Source: a virus
Virus genome (UHGV): UHGV-1376088
Length of the DNA: 64,000 bases
Strand: one strand, 5' to 3'
The position numbers were made by a program, and so were the translations under genes. The first letter of the stretch is position 1; each line of letters begins with the position of its first letter. Positions 19,962-33,071 of this stretch are shown here, one piece after another. Under the pieces are notes generated by a model. That model saw only the letters and a list, made by a program, of their open reading frames with translations, made no database searches and was not told the DNA's origin.

Positions 19962-21734
19962 CTATTTTGATACTTTTAAGCCAATCTTAAATCCTGCAAG
20001 GTCAAATTCATTAAGGGCTCCTGCGCGAGCATACAAAGCACTAATTGGATTATAAAGTATATTGATTTTTATAACGGCAATATCATATGCCTTGAAGAAC
20101 CTAATTCTAGCGGTGTCAAATGTATACAGATCATTGAGTGATTCTGATAGATTTTGTTTTGGAGTAATTTTAGCTGATATGATCTCGAAGAATCTATCTC
20201 TATCCTTCTTCAATTGTTGATCAACTGTAGCATTAAAACGTTTATTTACAGCGGCTTTTTCATCGCCCGTAAATGCGTTAGCCAAAGTGTTAAATCCATC
20301 TATAAGGATGTCTTGATAGTCAATTGGCTCTTGGTAATACTGAGAAGAACCCCACCTATATTGTCTTCTGTTTCGTTTGGCCGCTTCTTGTCTTTCTCGC
20401 TCTATTCTGGCTTTTTCCTCGTTTACAGCCTTCTCAATGTCTTCATATCTTGGACCAAGAAATTGGCTTGGAAATGGGTTTAATGCATCTGAACGGTTTT
20501 CAACTGCAGAATAGATATTGGTAGCTTTGATTGATGAACCTTTAGAGTTCCTGGTCGATTTGCTTCTATCGGACTTACCGCTAATATTTTTGGAAGGATT
20601 ACTAATTCCAACTCTAATACTAGAAGAGGCTATGCCCAGAATCTTTGAAGATACACCTTGAATAGGCGTCAATAGGAATCCGCCCGAATTAGCTGCAGAC
20701 TTAATTCTTATCTTGACTCTGCCGCCGTCCAAGAAGATTTTTTCAATGGTACCTTGTGCTTCGTATGAATTACTTGAGCCAAACATTCTGATGTCTTGCC
20801 CGATGTAAAAGATTTCCCTGACAGCCCTTAGAAGTTCATTATTATTAATGTTGTTACTATTGAGGCTGGAAATAATATCTGCAACAAGTCCATCGGCCCC
20901 TCTAATATAGAAATCTTTTCTAGAGTTGTATTTTCCTCTATCAGAGGCAATATATCTTTCCCCGTCGTTTGGATTATCCGAGTAGGGGATTTCCTGTTCA
21001 GAGCCTGGAACTTCATCTACATACAGCACTGTGTATGGACTTACTGAAACTTCAAGTTCAAATTTACCGCCAGCAACTTTTTGACTATATTCTTTTAACC
21101 TCTGCAAATCTGATTCATGCATTGGAATATTGTTTCGCATTATCAGAAGTGGAAGCTCAATATAACATTTACTTACCTCATCCCCGTTAATAGCAACACG
21201 GAACGAGGTGTCGACATTAGTGTTCTCACCACTATCAAACATGCGTCTTGTTATAAGATTTGCGTAATACTTAGCCTGTCTATCATAGTCGATATCTCGC
21301 GCTTGTATATAGCTCGGACCCTCTTTATTGATCAAGTCGGCGAACGACATAAGTGGATTGTCGCTTTCGAATGTATACTTTTGGTCGACAGAACCTGGAT
21401 TGCCTGTACTGGCAATAACCTTTGTGCCTAGAATAGAGCCAGCCTTTTCGAAGATATATTTCTTACGGCCTACAGCATCTGCAATGAAATATTCGTAATA
21501 TTTGGAATTCAGGATATCTTTGAAATATCCCTCAGTTAATTGTATAACTTCTCTGGCGTTATTAATGTCGGTCTGATCCAACATTTCCATCATGCCATTA
21601 ACAGAGTAGAAGGGGTTATTCCCCTTCTCTTCCATTTGATCGTCAAAATTGGCTGGCAAATAGATGTCAAAATAACGCTGAATAATGCCATCAATTTCTA
21701 CACTATCTGGCGTGTAGTCTAGTATCTGCGCCAT
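19962..21734 (-). CDS. 590-aa hypothetical baseplate/tail protein
   Basis: ORF track; operon context. Confidence 0.5.
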   Translation of the reverse strand: MAQILDYTPDSVEIDGIIQRYFDIYLPANFDDQMEEKGNNPFYSVNGMMEMLDQTDINNAREVIQLTEGYFKDILNSKYYEYFIADAVGRKKYIFEKAGSILGTKVIASTGNPGSVDQKYTFESDNPLMSFADLINKEGPSYIQARDIDYDRQAKYYANLITRRMFDSGENTNVDTSFRVAINGDEVSKCYIELPLLIMRNNIPMHESDLQRLKEYSQKVAGGKFELEVSVSPYTVLYVDEVPGSEQEIPYSDNPNDGERYIASDRGKYNSRKDFYIRGADGLVADIISSLNSNNINNNELLRAVREIFYIGQDIRMFGSSNSYEAQGTIEKIFLDGGRVKIRIKSAANSGGFLLTPIQGVSSKILGIASSSIRVGISNPSKNISGKSDRSKSTRNSKGSSIKATNIYSAVENRSDALNPFPSQFLGPRYEDIEKAVNEEKARIERERQEAAKRNRRQYRWGSSQYYQEPIDYQDILIDGFNTLANAFTGDEKAAVNKRFNATVDQQLKKDRDRFFEIISAKITPKQNLSESLNDLYTFDTARIRFFKAYDIAVIKINILYNPISALYARAGALNEFDLAGFKIGLKVSK

Positions 21735-21752
21735 TACCAGCCCCTTTTTATA

Positions 21753-22272
21753 TTATGCACTTGCGGTAAGTGTAAAGTCCATAAATTCTCTAACTTCACC
21801 AGCACCTGATACGTTTGTTGGTGTTCGTTTAAACCATACTGCCTGGTATTCGCCAGGTTGTAATGTTCCGATCAATAGCGGGTCATCTTTTGTATGGTCC
21901 TCAAATGTAATGCTTAATGGAGCAGAGTTCTCATCACGAATAATGTTTGCATCAGAGTTTGGCAATGGAGTTTTGCCTACTTGGAATTTTGCATATGAGT
22001 TTGAAGATAAGATAAGCTTCATACCCATAGCTGGGCCCTTTCTAGAGCCAAGAGGATTGTTATAGATATAAACACATCTGTAATCTGATGAACCGTTTTC
22101 ACTATCCATTTGTGTAATGTCATCCCATAGGTTATTTATAACCATACTGTTCTGACCAAGAATATATGAAACACCTTCATTTGCACTTTGTGCCATCTTG
22201 CCGCCGATAGATTTATTCGGCTCTGTTAAATTGGTTGATGTAGTGCTACCTGTTGATAGTCTAACTTCGATA

Positions 22273-22280
<8 letters not shown>
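21753..22280 (-). CDS. 175-aa hypothetical structural protein
   Basis: ORF track. Confidence 0.45.
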
Positions 22281-24859
<2,579 letters not shown>

Positions 24860-24876
24860 CTATCCGTAATCTAGAT

Positions 24877-25452
24877 TTATTCTTCTTCTGTTGTTGCGGT
24901 TTCAGATTCAACAGACTCTTTAAGACGTTTGATCTCTGAATCCAAAGATGAGATTACGCCTCTTCTGTTTTTGCCGTTGATTTCTGATGTTTTAGCAAAT
25001 TCGATAATTTCCAGGTCAACATCTGGAATATTTTTAGCTGCCACCATAGCAAGTGCTGTAGAGGCGTTAAGAATTTTGTCTTGGATAAAGCTAACACGAG
25101 GGTCTTCTTTTTGTGCTTCTTCCAATGCGGCGATGGTTGTTTTAGTACCATCCTCAAGTTCGATTTCTGCGTCAAGAATACGTACTTCTTCTGTATCCTC
25201 AATCTTTAGCAGATTGTCGTATTTGCCTTGTTGCACTTCTTTTCGTAGGGCGCCGGCTCTTTCGATGAATTTTTCAGAAGGGATGTTTGATTCAACCTCT
25301 CCTCTGCGAATATGATACGCAAGAATTTCCAGGTCTCCGATTGTCAATTTAGACAGATCGTATACAACTTCTTGGCCACGACGCATATGGATTTTTTCAC
25401 CAAACAAGAATGTCTGTGTTAATAGTTTTACTTTTGCTTGTAATGCTTTCAT
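24877..25452 (-). CDS. 191-aa acidic protein (head-associated; start trimmed relative to ORF track)
   Basis: The ORF track's N-terminal 21 codons run through a 10-bp GC terminator hairpin. An internal ATG (MKALQAKV) with a GGTGA SD lies just after the terminator. C-terminus very acidic (ESVESETATTEEE). Confidence 0.45.
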   Translation of the reverse strand: MKALQAKVKLLTQTFLFGEKIHMRRGQEVVYDLSKLTIGDLEILAYHIRRGEVESNIPSEKFIERAGALRKEVQQGKYDNLLKIEDTEEVRILDAEIELEDGTKTTIAALEEAQKEDPRVSFIQDKILNASTALAMVAAKNIPDVDLEIIEFAKTSEINGKNRRGVISSLDSEIKRLKESVESETATTEEE

Positions 25453-25459
25453 TAAATCA

Positions 25460-25500
25460 CCAAATAAAAAATGGGGGCAGGGAGTTCTAACCCTACCCCC
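25460..25500 (-). terminator. rho-independent terminator downstream of the capsid gene
   Basis: GGGGGCAGGG-agttctaa-CCCTACCCCC stem (one wobble); in minus-strand orientation it is followed by UUUUUUAUUU. Confidence 0.7.
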
Positions 25501-25548
25501 ATGTTGTTTAATCAACTATGAGTATATTATATACCTAGTTTTAAAAAA

Positions 25549-26805
25549 TTACTTGCGTTGAATACGTGGCAAATCGCTAACAACTGCTTGAGGAGGCAGA
25601 ACCACTTCGTTAGGTTCGATGCTTACGTTTTTAGCGATAGAAACTGCTTGACCATCATTAAACAATGCCAGGCCGTAACGTTCACGGATTTTGATATTTT
25701 GAATGTCACGTGCTGGGTCATCCCATTGGTCTACAGTAGGCTCTTCTTGAACGAAGATGGCGCCCAGTTCATTAGTATCCAACATGATAATAGAAGTGGT
25801 TTTCTTCTCAGCATCGAATGGAACATAATGAGAGGTCATGATAGTCAGACCTTGAGTACCAGGGAAGTATGATGGGAATTGGAATGGTGTATCTTGAGTA
25901 CCAACGCGCTCTTCAGTAGTCAGCGGAGTAGCTGGACGGCCAGACATACGGCTGAAGCGACGATAAGCCTCTGGAACATCACCACCAATTTTTTGGCTAG
26001 GCATACTGGTAAACCAGTTGTCCAAAGAACCATTTTTCAGTGCATATTCACGCAGAACTGGGTCTTTAGTGAATGTAGCCCAAGCCAATGGGTGGCACAG
26101 GATAACGTTAGGTTTGTAACCACGCTCCAGCATGTTGGCATACATATCATACATATCGTCAGCGGTGAAAGAACCATTGCCAGCACCAGAAATATCACGA
26201 CCGGTAGTACGGCCCAAGATGGATTGGTTAGGATTGTCGTTGTCAAATACAACAACACCGGCAGAGTTGATCATGCGGAAGATGTTTTGTTCTTTAGCGC
26301 GAGCCATAGCGCGACCCAGGCGATTCAGATGGAAAGCGATAACATCCCATTGAGAGTTACGCAACATTTCTTCGGTGATGCGCAGACGGTTACCGTATTT
26401 GCCAACACCAGCGAAGAGTTGACCACCACCGTTAGTGGTGCTAACTTCTGGGTATTCGCCACCCTCAGCAACAGAGTTGTCGCCAACCTCGATAGCACCA
26501 TAAGTGCTAACGTTAACTTGGGTGATGTTAGGATCGATATGAATGGTTTGCAGCAATTTGTGACCGATCAGATTTGGTTCAATAGCATCGATTACAAATT
26601 CTTCGATTACACGTTTGAATGCAATCGGGAAGTTAGGAGTAGCAAAAGCGTCAGAAACTTTAAGGCTTTCGATGTTACCAGTCATAGCGTCGCTGATGGA
26701 GATTTGTTCACCATCTACAGTTTTACCGCCATTGTCGAACAGGCCACGAATAAATTGAATGCTTTGAGATTCTTGTGCGTAAGTTTTGTCGAATTTTTTA
26801 GACAT
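25549..26805 (-). CDS. major capsid protein (candidate)
   Basis: 418 aa; the most strongly E. coli-optimal codon usage in the window; sits between the scaffold-like gene and a strong terminator; size typical of an HK97-fold major capsid protein. Confidence 0.55.
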   Translation of the reverse strand: MSKKFDKTYAQESQSIQFIRGLFDNGGKTVDGEQISISDAMTGNIESLKVSDAFATPNFPIAFKRVIEEFVIDAIEPNLIGHKLLQTIHIDPNITQVNVSTYGAIEVGDNSVAEGGEYPEVSTTNGGGQLFAGVGKYGNRLRITEEMLRNSQWDVIAFHLNRLGRAMARAKEQNIFRMINSAGVVVFDNDNPNQSILGRTTGRDISGAGNGSFTADDMYDMYANMLERGYKPNVILCHPLAWATFTKDPVLREYALKNGSLDNWFTSMPSQKIGGDVPEAYRRFSRMSGRPATPLTTEERVGTQDTPFQFPSYFPGTQGLTIMTSHYVPFDAEKKTTSIIMLDTNELGAIFVQEEPTVDQWDDPARDIQNIKIRERYGLALFNDGQAVSIAKNVSIEPNEVVLPPQAVVSDLPRIQRK

Positions 26806-26834
26806 ATTATTTATTTATTCCTATGATTGTAAGA

Positions 26835-27713
26835 TTAGCGGTTAATCAGGTTAACGCGAACCAGGCCGTAACCGTTAGAGTAAGCAACTTTATGTTCAGC
26901 ACCTTTAGTAGCGGTACCAGGCATTTTGTCCAGGTCATGACCACCAGCAGAGCTAGTGCGAACCAGTTTTAACAGACTGTCTTCTTGAGGTTTAACAACT
27001 TGCAGAACTTGACCCAGAATTTTCTCTTTAGCGACTGAAGCTTGAGCAACAACCATGTTAGAGTTTTTGTCAAAGGTTACGAAGTCACCAGGTTTAACAG
27101 TGGTGAAGTCAGCAAGAGTACCTGTACCGGCATTTGCACCTTTAGCAGCGATGAAGGCAGAAATACCTTTCATAGGAGCTTTTTCGTATTCAGCATCAGA
27201 TTCTACCAGTGGCAACTCGATCATGTAGTCACATACGAATTGAACGCGATGTTGATAGTTCAGGTTTTGATAGTTGAAGTGGGCGGGGTTGATACCGTCG
27301 CCACCTGGATGACGCCAGAAGTCATACAGTGCAACACCAACAGGAGCAGAAACAGTCAGGTTGGCGGCGTTCATTTTATCTTTAACTTTATCGCCTGCAG
27401 CAACTGGTTGACCGTCTGGACCAACGATGCCTTCTTGAACGTCTACTTCGGTGTAAGTTGCGTCAGAATCCAAGATACCGGCAGGAACCAGATAACCATT
27501 GCTGTCGAATGCAACTACTTTACCAGTAGAAATTACAACATGAGTTTTGATATCTTTGGAAGGTACGCGGATAAGTGGTAGGTAAGGAGCTGGCATAAAT
27601 TGGCCGGCAGGATGCATACCTTCTGAGAACATGACATTAGGAGTTGCCCAGTTCTCACGGCTGTAGTGTTTAGTCTTAGGAGCATTAGCAGCTACGTTTT
27701 GATATTGGAACAT
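26835..27713 (-). CDS. 292-aa abundant head protein (decoration/auxiliary capsid protein candidate)
   Basis: Codon-optimized like the capsid gene; adjacent to it. Confidence 0.4.
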   Translation of the reverse strand: MFQYQNVAANAPKTKHYSRENWATPNVMFSEGMHPAGQFMPAPYLPLIRVPSKDIKTHVVISTGKVVAFDSNGYLVPAGILDSDATYTEVDVQEGIVGPDGQPVAAGDKVKDKMNAANLTVSAPVGVALYDFWRHPGGDGINPAHFNYQNLNYQHRVQFVCDYMIELPLVESDAEYEKAPMKGISAFIAAKGANAGTGTLADFTTVKPGDFVTFDKNSNMVVAQASVAKEKILGQVLQVVKPQEDSLLKLVRTSSAGGHDLDKMPGTATKGAEHKVAYSNGYGLVRVNLINR

Positions 27714-27735
27714 TGTGGATTATTCTCCGTATATT

Positions 27736-29394
27736 TTAGCTTTCGCTTTTAATTTTTACTTTTGCTGCAAACGCTTTAGCTGCTGCAGCACCCTCTTTAT
27801 TGAGAACCTTTAGGAACTCTTTTTGAGCTTCAATTTTATTTTCAAAAATTAAACCGTCTTCAATTTTAACATCTTTAGGCTCCTCTACAGTAGTTGTATC
27901 GGCGCTATCTTCGATCTTAACAGAATCTTTTTCCAGAGGCTCTTTTGTGTCTTTTTCTACTGAGTCAGACACCTTTTCAGTTGTATCGGTTTTTGCGGCC
28001 TGAAGATCTTTTAATTTGTCAGAAAGAGATTCAAGACTTCGTTTTTTCAATTCTTCAATTTTAACAGAATCTGAAATTTTTTCAATAGCCGAAATCTGTG
28101 ATACCACTGATTCTTTTAATGCGTCTTGTACTTTAACAAGCTCGATAGTCTTGTTAGCTAATTCTTGGCGCAGCACTTTGTTTTGTGAGTTTAAGTAGCT
28201 GTTTGCATTACCGGCGATAAGAGCTTGGATCTTATCAGAGATTGCAACGGCGACTTTCTCAACAAGAGCGTCTTGATCAAACTCTGCTTGAGCTAAACCT
28301 TGCTCAACATTGTCTGAAACCTTTTCTGCTTCTTTAGGTTCTTCGCTTGCCTTGATCGCATCGGCGATCACTTGTTCATAATCTTCGACACCTAGCTCTT
28401 GTAGTTTTTCATCAATCAAAGTGATGATTGATTCTTTGTCGCCTGAATCGGAAATTTTAGTGGTGAAGTATGACTTAGCCAATGATGCAGATAATTTATC
28501 TGAGATTGGGAAAGTTTTTTGCTCGCCAAAAACATAATCCAGAACAGTTAAGCCTTCCTCAGAGGGAAGCTGATAGTCTTTAATCCCCAGAGTTTTGGCA
28601 TGTTCGACAAGATGTTCGCTAGACTTATTAATGTCTTGGATTCCTACTGTCATCTGTTTACCTTTTTCTATTTCAAAATCTAATATCTGTAGATGGGATT
28701 GACTATTTTTACTATCCCGAATTAATGTTGCAACGGCATTACTATCCGCAGGTGTAGCAACATATGATATATGATCGAAGTGCATTTTGCCTCCGACATA
28801 ATAGCATTTCTCATTCCCATATTTAACGCCGCGTCTATGTTCGCAGCGATTAGGTGAATTTACCTTTGTAGAGCAGATAGAACAATATGCCTCTTCTACT
28901 CTGCCGTCAACCGAAACAAATCCGAACTCTCCATCGAGAATTTTATCAATTGCCTCTTTATCCGTAATCTTGGCAACCAGCTCGATGTGACCAAGACCTT
29001 TATAGCCCCGTGATCGATATTGCTTATCAAGATTTAACTCTTTTGCCTTACCGAGATATTCTACAGGAGAAAGGCTATTAAATGAATCACTAATATTCCC
29101 GTAATCAACATATTTGGATGAAATAACTCTACCAAGAGTTCTTGAATCCGGATTGTGTTCTTCCGTTACAGGCTTAAACACTGGAGATACAAATGAACGA
29201 TATCCGTCATACATTCCTTTAGGTGTGTAAATCCAGTTATTGCCATTTGGTCGGCCAGAATGAGTGGCCTCCATTTTAACGGTAATGCTTTTTACTTTAG
29301 CGCCATTAGATAGAGAATCAGAGATTCGTTGTTGAATCTCTTCTCCTAAACTTACTCTCGCAGTTGTCTCGAAGTGGTCATTAAAAGGCCTCAC
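27736..29394 (-). CDS. 552-aa head scaffolding-like protein (N-terminal globular domain plus long acidic coiled-coil C-terminus)
   Basis: The C-terminal ~250 aa are heptad-like, Glu/Lys/Asp-rich helical sequence; position between the portal candidate and the capsid gene. Confidence 0.4.
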   Translation of the reverse strand: MRPFNDHFETTARVSLGEEIQQRISDSLSNGAKVKSITVKMEATHSGRPNGNNWIYTPKGMYDGYRSFVSPVFKPVTEEHNPDSRTLGRVISSKYVDYGNISDSFNSLSPVEYLGKAKELNLDKQYRSRGYKGLGHIELVAKITDKEAIDKILDGEFGFVSVDGRVEEAYCSICSTKVNSPNRCEHRRGVKYGNEKCYYVGGKMHFDHISYVATPADSNAVATLIRDSKNSQSHLQILDFEIEKGKQMTVGIQDINKSSEHLVEHAKTLGIKDYQLPSEEGLTVLDYVFGEQKTFPISDKLSASLAKSYFTTKISDSGDKESIITLIDEKLQELGVEDYEQVIADAIKASEEPKEAEKVSDNVEQGLAQAEFDQDALVEKVAVAISDKIQALIAGNANSYLNSQNKVLRQELANKTIELVKVQDALKESVVSQISAIEKISDSVKIEELKKRSLESLSDKLKDLQAAKTDTTEKVSDSVEKDTKEPLEKDSVKIEDSADTTTVEEPKDVKIEDGLIFENKIEAQKEFLKVLNKEGAAAAKAFAAKVKIKSES

Positions 29395-31151
29395 GACTCT
29401 CCTCCAATCAACTCATATATTTCCATAAGTGAATCTTCGATATATGAATCTGAAACATCTTCAGTCTGACCAGCCAAATACAAAGAGTCAGAGAAGACAG
29501 AAACAATATCTTTTACGTTATTATCCATTTGTGAATCAGATATGTCAACAACCAATTTTACATGATTTTCAATGTATTCAGATAGTAACTCTTTATTTGG
29601 CATTGCTGCTCTAATTTCGTCTACTGGAAACAATGAATAACTTAGTGAATCACTGAACTGATTTTTAGGATTGGTTTTTGATACTGAAGCTTTCTTAGCA
29701 CCATCTGCTTTTGTCTTATTGCCGGAGCTATTTTCTTTTTTAGACTGCGCGGCGGCTGAAGCTGCAATCTTAGCTGTTTCAACTTGGTAAGTCGGAAGGA
29801 TCATTTCCTTGTCTTTGCCAATTCTTGAGATCTCTTTATCACCAATTTCTTTGTATCCAATCTCAAGTCTTGCTTCGTTGATTGACAATAGGCCACTGTT
29901 AAACATATTAAGGATATGTGATTCTATCTTAATACGTGCATCCTGGTCAACATGGTTAAATTTAAACTTAACCAAATCTTCTTCTGGAATCATATATTCT
30001 GCTTCATACATTCCAGATTCAACTAGTAGAGGTTTAAACAGAACATGAGTAATAAACTCTGCTATTGCATCCTGTTTATTAATAACTGCCTCTTTTAGTG
30101 TTTGTGAGATAATTTGACCTGTTGCTTTACCGGAAGAATCGCCGATACCCATGTCGATATCTGAGACACCAAGACCCAACATTACGCGGTCTTTGAAATA
30201 CTCTAGGTAACTCTCTACTCTTAATGCCAACGATTCAGACCCAATGGCTTTTACCTCTACGCGTTCACTCGTAGTAATACCGCCATATTCATCTAGCTCC
30301 TGCATTACATATCCCATCTTTTCAACTTCATCGCTTCCATCGATAAGGATTTTTGCCGGGTTAGACTCTGTACCAACCTTGACGTGAATCATTGGGAAGA
30401 TACCCTTATAAATCAGTGTTTCAACTGATTCTTCAATTCGTCTCAATGCAAGGATGTCGTCTTTTACCGCTTCTAATGGAGGTGTACCCATTGTAAAGCC
30501 TGAGCGGGCATTGTATTTAAGATGTCTAACTTTTTCTGGTGAAAATAATCTAAATGTTGCCGGATCTAAATACTGCTTATACATTTCAACGTCACCGTTC
30601 TCTTTTAGTTTACGTTGAATTGTTTCTGTAGGTAAATTGAACCATCCTGCAATAGGTTCTAGCTCTTTATTACCCACATTAACAGTTTCTCCAGTAGATT
30701 TATTTTCATTTCGAACCACTAAGATGTAAGAATTATGAAACATTACAAGATTGTAGGCCATCTCTTCTATGAAGTTTCTAAATGTTAGACCTGTTACATA
30801 TTCTATTTCTCTAATCCTAGATTTTATATATTCGACATTCTTTGGATTGTTCGATTCGAAATAGTAGCCATTTTTAAATATTAGCGCTCTTTGTCTCTCA
30901 AACGCTTTGGCAACTATAGCTTCGGTATCAATAATTCTAGAGTATTCAAATAGATCATACTCGTGATTTTTAAAACCGCTATAAATTACATCATTAAATC
31001 CGCCGGTTCTTTTTCCAAAATAAGACAGGCCTGGGTTGGATAAGGACTGTCTTTTTATACCTAGAGCTTTACTGCTCAAAGCATCCTTAATTACCTTTGG
31101 ATTTGAAGAATAATTAGTATTCAAAAGAATGCCTATATCTTCATTTTTCAT
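29391..31151 (-). CDS. portal protein (candidate)
   Basis: 586 aa; between the terminase region and the scaffold/capsid genes; coupled to flanking genes. Confidence 0.45.
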   Translation of the reverse strand: MKNEDIGILLNTNYSSNPKVIKDALSSKALGIKRQSLSNPGLSYFGKRTGGFNDVIYSGFKNHEYDLFEYSRIIDTEAIVAKAFERQRALIFKNGYYFESNNPKNVEYIKSRIREIEYVTGLTFRNFIEEMAYNLVMFHNSYILVVRNENKSTGETVNVGNKELEPIAGWFNLPTETIQRKLKENGDVEMYKQYLDPATFRLFSPEKVRHLKYNARSGFTMGTPPLEAVKDDILALRRIEESVETLIYKGIFPMIHVKVGTESNPAKILIDGSDEVEKMGYVMQELDEYGGITTSERVEVKAIGSESLALRVESYLEYFKDRVMLGLGVSDIDMGIGDSSGKATGQIISQTLKEAVINKQDAIAEFITHVLFKPLLVESGMYEAEYMIPEEDLVKFKFNHVDQDARIKIESHILNMFNSGLLSINEARLEIGYKEIGDKEISRIGKDKEMILPTYQVETAKIAASAAAQSKKENSSGNKTKADGAKKASVSKTNPKNQFSDSLSYSLFPVDEIRAAMPNKELLSEYIENHVKLVVDISDSQMDNNVKDIVSVFSDSLYLAGQTEDVSDSYIEDSLMEIYELIGGES

Positions 31152-33064
31152 TATTGGTCTCCGAGTTTATTAAGGACGTTCTCTATGTCTGTAATACAGT
31201 CTAGCTGTCCAAGTGGGGAATTCGAATCATTAGATTTACTAAAGTTTGCTATCAGTCGTTCTACACTCTCAACCGCAGTAGGGGTCGGTGCACCATTATT
31301 GGTTTGAATACGTCCAGTCGAATCGACAATCTTAATGCTACCATCCTCATTTACAATTCTTACTGAAGAGTCTGTTAAACCGTCAACAATATTATCATCT
31401 TTTGTTTTAATTTGTCTATCTTTGATGATTTTATTCAGATCTTCGTCTATGAATGTAATTTCATTTGATGTTCTAGCAGGATCTGTTGCACCGTTATATT
31501 TATCAATAAAGCCTATAACGTTTTGAATATGCTTAGGGATGCTCCAGTCGGGATCATCGGTATTTATGACCAATGGAATGATGGATGTATTTGGTCTACC
31601 GTAATCATATTTTGAATCCGGGATTATTGTTACTTTCCATGGTGACGGATTCCATTCGTCAATTTTGATATTAGGAAAGTCGTATTTGGATATTTCTTCA
31701 ATTAGCCCCGGAACCGTTACAGACCTTGCAAAGTCATCAAGATTACATGAGTAAAATGAAAGGTTGTCCTTATTACCATCGCTATCATCTTTTATTGCAA
31801 CAGCGATTGCATTCCCTTTTTCATCTGTTATAAGATCAATGTCCGAACCAATAGTATCTGCAATTACAGACCCTATATTACCTATAGACAGATTTCCGTC
31901 TATGGCGGAAGTATCGTTATCTTCCCCGAAGTTTGGTTGTCCGGATGGAGCATTACAGATTTTTTCGATAGCAGCTTTTCCTGACTTCATTCTGACAATA
32001 TATCTTAAGAGATTTGCCATTGCCATCAATTCAGACAGATTACTTAAATATTGCGTAATAGTCAAGCCGGAACGCGCCGGTTCACAACTGTAATGATTAA
32101 GAAGACCAGTTAATTCTGATATTGCATTATTTAGAGACTCTACACTTCTATTTATTGTTTCTTGTAGAGGGCCCATAATTTCCTCTACGTATTTGCGAGT
32201 GTTGAGCTCTGCAGATTCGGCATATTTATTTACTCTTGATGTGTATTGTTTTCTAATCTCTTGGGTCTTTTTCTTGAGATTAGTGTCGTATTGGCCATCT
32301 AAGAACTTATTGCTAACACCGAGTTGTTTTAAATCTTCTGCACTAGTGTTGCGAATATTTTCTGGTGTTGGCAACTGATCAATAATAGAGTCTATTGAAT
32401 CAAGTATGCACAATACGGGAGTAAGCGCGAATCTTGCTAATATAGAAATATTTTTTACTAGGGCCTCTATGATTGCGCCTAGGATTGCATTAATAAATAC
32501 GGCAACCGTTAGTCTTGGCAATTGTATATTCTGAGTTGTTTTCACAATTGCTGCAAGAATTAATGCTATCAATTTCAATAAATCTGGTAAACATAGGTAT
32601 GATAAAAAGAATGCATACTGACAAACCGATGCCTTATTAAATTTACCTATGTTCTTAAACTGATCCAGAGATGTTGTGATATCTTTTAATAAGTTTCCGA
32701 ATATACCACTAAAGTCAAATTTCGGCTTTTCAATTTTACAAGCAAAACAATCGTTACTTGCTTTTCTTATTGCACTCTTTATTGCGGCTAGATATTTAGG
32801 GCTAATAGCACCGTTAGGACTAACGACATCGTCAAATTTATCACCATTGCCGTCATTGTCAATATTCCCAGCATTTAATGCACTCTCTATATAATCTACC
32901 AATCTGTTGTATTGGTCGTCAAACTGTATATATAATCCGACAGGAACCTGTATTAAGCAGCCGTTTTCCTGAAGTGCCTTTGAGAAATGATCAACAATAA
33001 GTTGAGCGTAAGCAACCGCATATGTTGTGCTCGCTGTTGGGTTAACTTTTCTGCTTAATTCCAT
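31151..33064 (-). CDS. 637-aa protein with several hydrophobic helices (alternative portal candidate or packaging/ejection-associated)
   Basis: ORF track; hydrophobic segments LIALILAAIVKTT and VAVFINAILGAIIEALV. Confidence 0.4.
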   Translation of the reverse strand: MELSRKVNPTASTTYAVAYAQLIVDHFSKALQENGCLIQVPVGLYIQFDDQYNRLVDYIESALNAGNIDNDGNGDKFDDVVSPNGAISPKYLAAIKSAIRKASNDCFACKIEKPKFDFSGIFGNLLKDITTSLDQFKNIGKFNKASVCQYAFFLSYLCLPDLLKLIALILAAIVKTTQNIQLPRLTVAVFINAILGAIIEALVKNISILARFALTPVLCILDSIDSIIDQLPTPENIRNTSAEDLKQLGVSNKFLDGQYDTNLKKKTQEIRKQYTSRVNKYAESAELNTRKYVEEIMGPLQETINRSVESLNNAISELTGLLNHYSCEPARSGLTITQYLSNLSELMAMANLLRYIVRMKSGKAAIEKICNAPSGQPNFGEDNDTSAIDGNLSIGNIGSVIADTIGSDIDLITDEKGNAIAVAIKDDSDGNKDNLSFYSCNLDDFARSVTVPGLIEEISKYDFPNIKIDEWNPSPWKVTIIPDSKYDYGRPNTSIIPLVINTDDPDWSIPKHIQNVIGFIDKYNGATDPARTSNEITFIDEDLNKIIKDRQIKTKDDNIVDGLTDSSVRIVNEDGSIKIVDSTGRIQTNNGAPTPTAVESVERLIANFSKSNDSNSPLGQLDCITDIENVLNKLGDQ

Positions 33065-33071
33065 CTATATC

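Noticed and set aside
25453-25515. N-terminal 21 codons of the ORF-track 212-aa gene
   Set aside because: They run straight through a 10-bp GC terminator hairpin; an internal ATG just after the terminator, with an SD, is the likelier start.
25879-26826. 315-aa ORF on the + strand, antisense to the capsid gene
   Set aside because: It lies entirely inside a strongly codon-optimised minus-strand gene, has no SD, and its composition is an artefact of the sense-strand codon bias.
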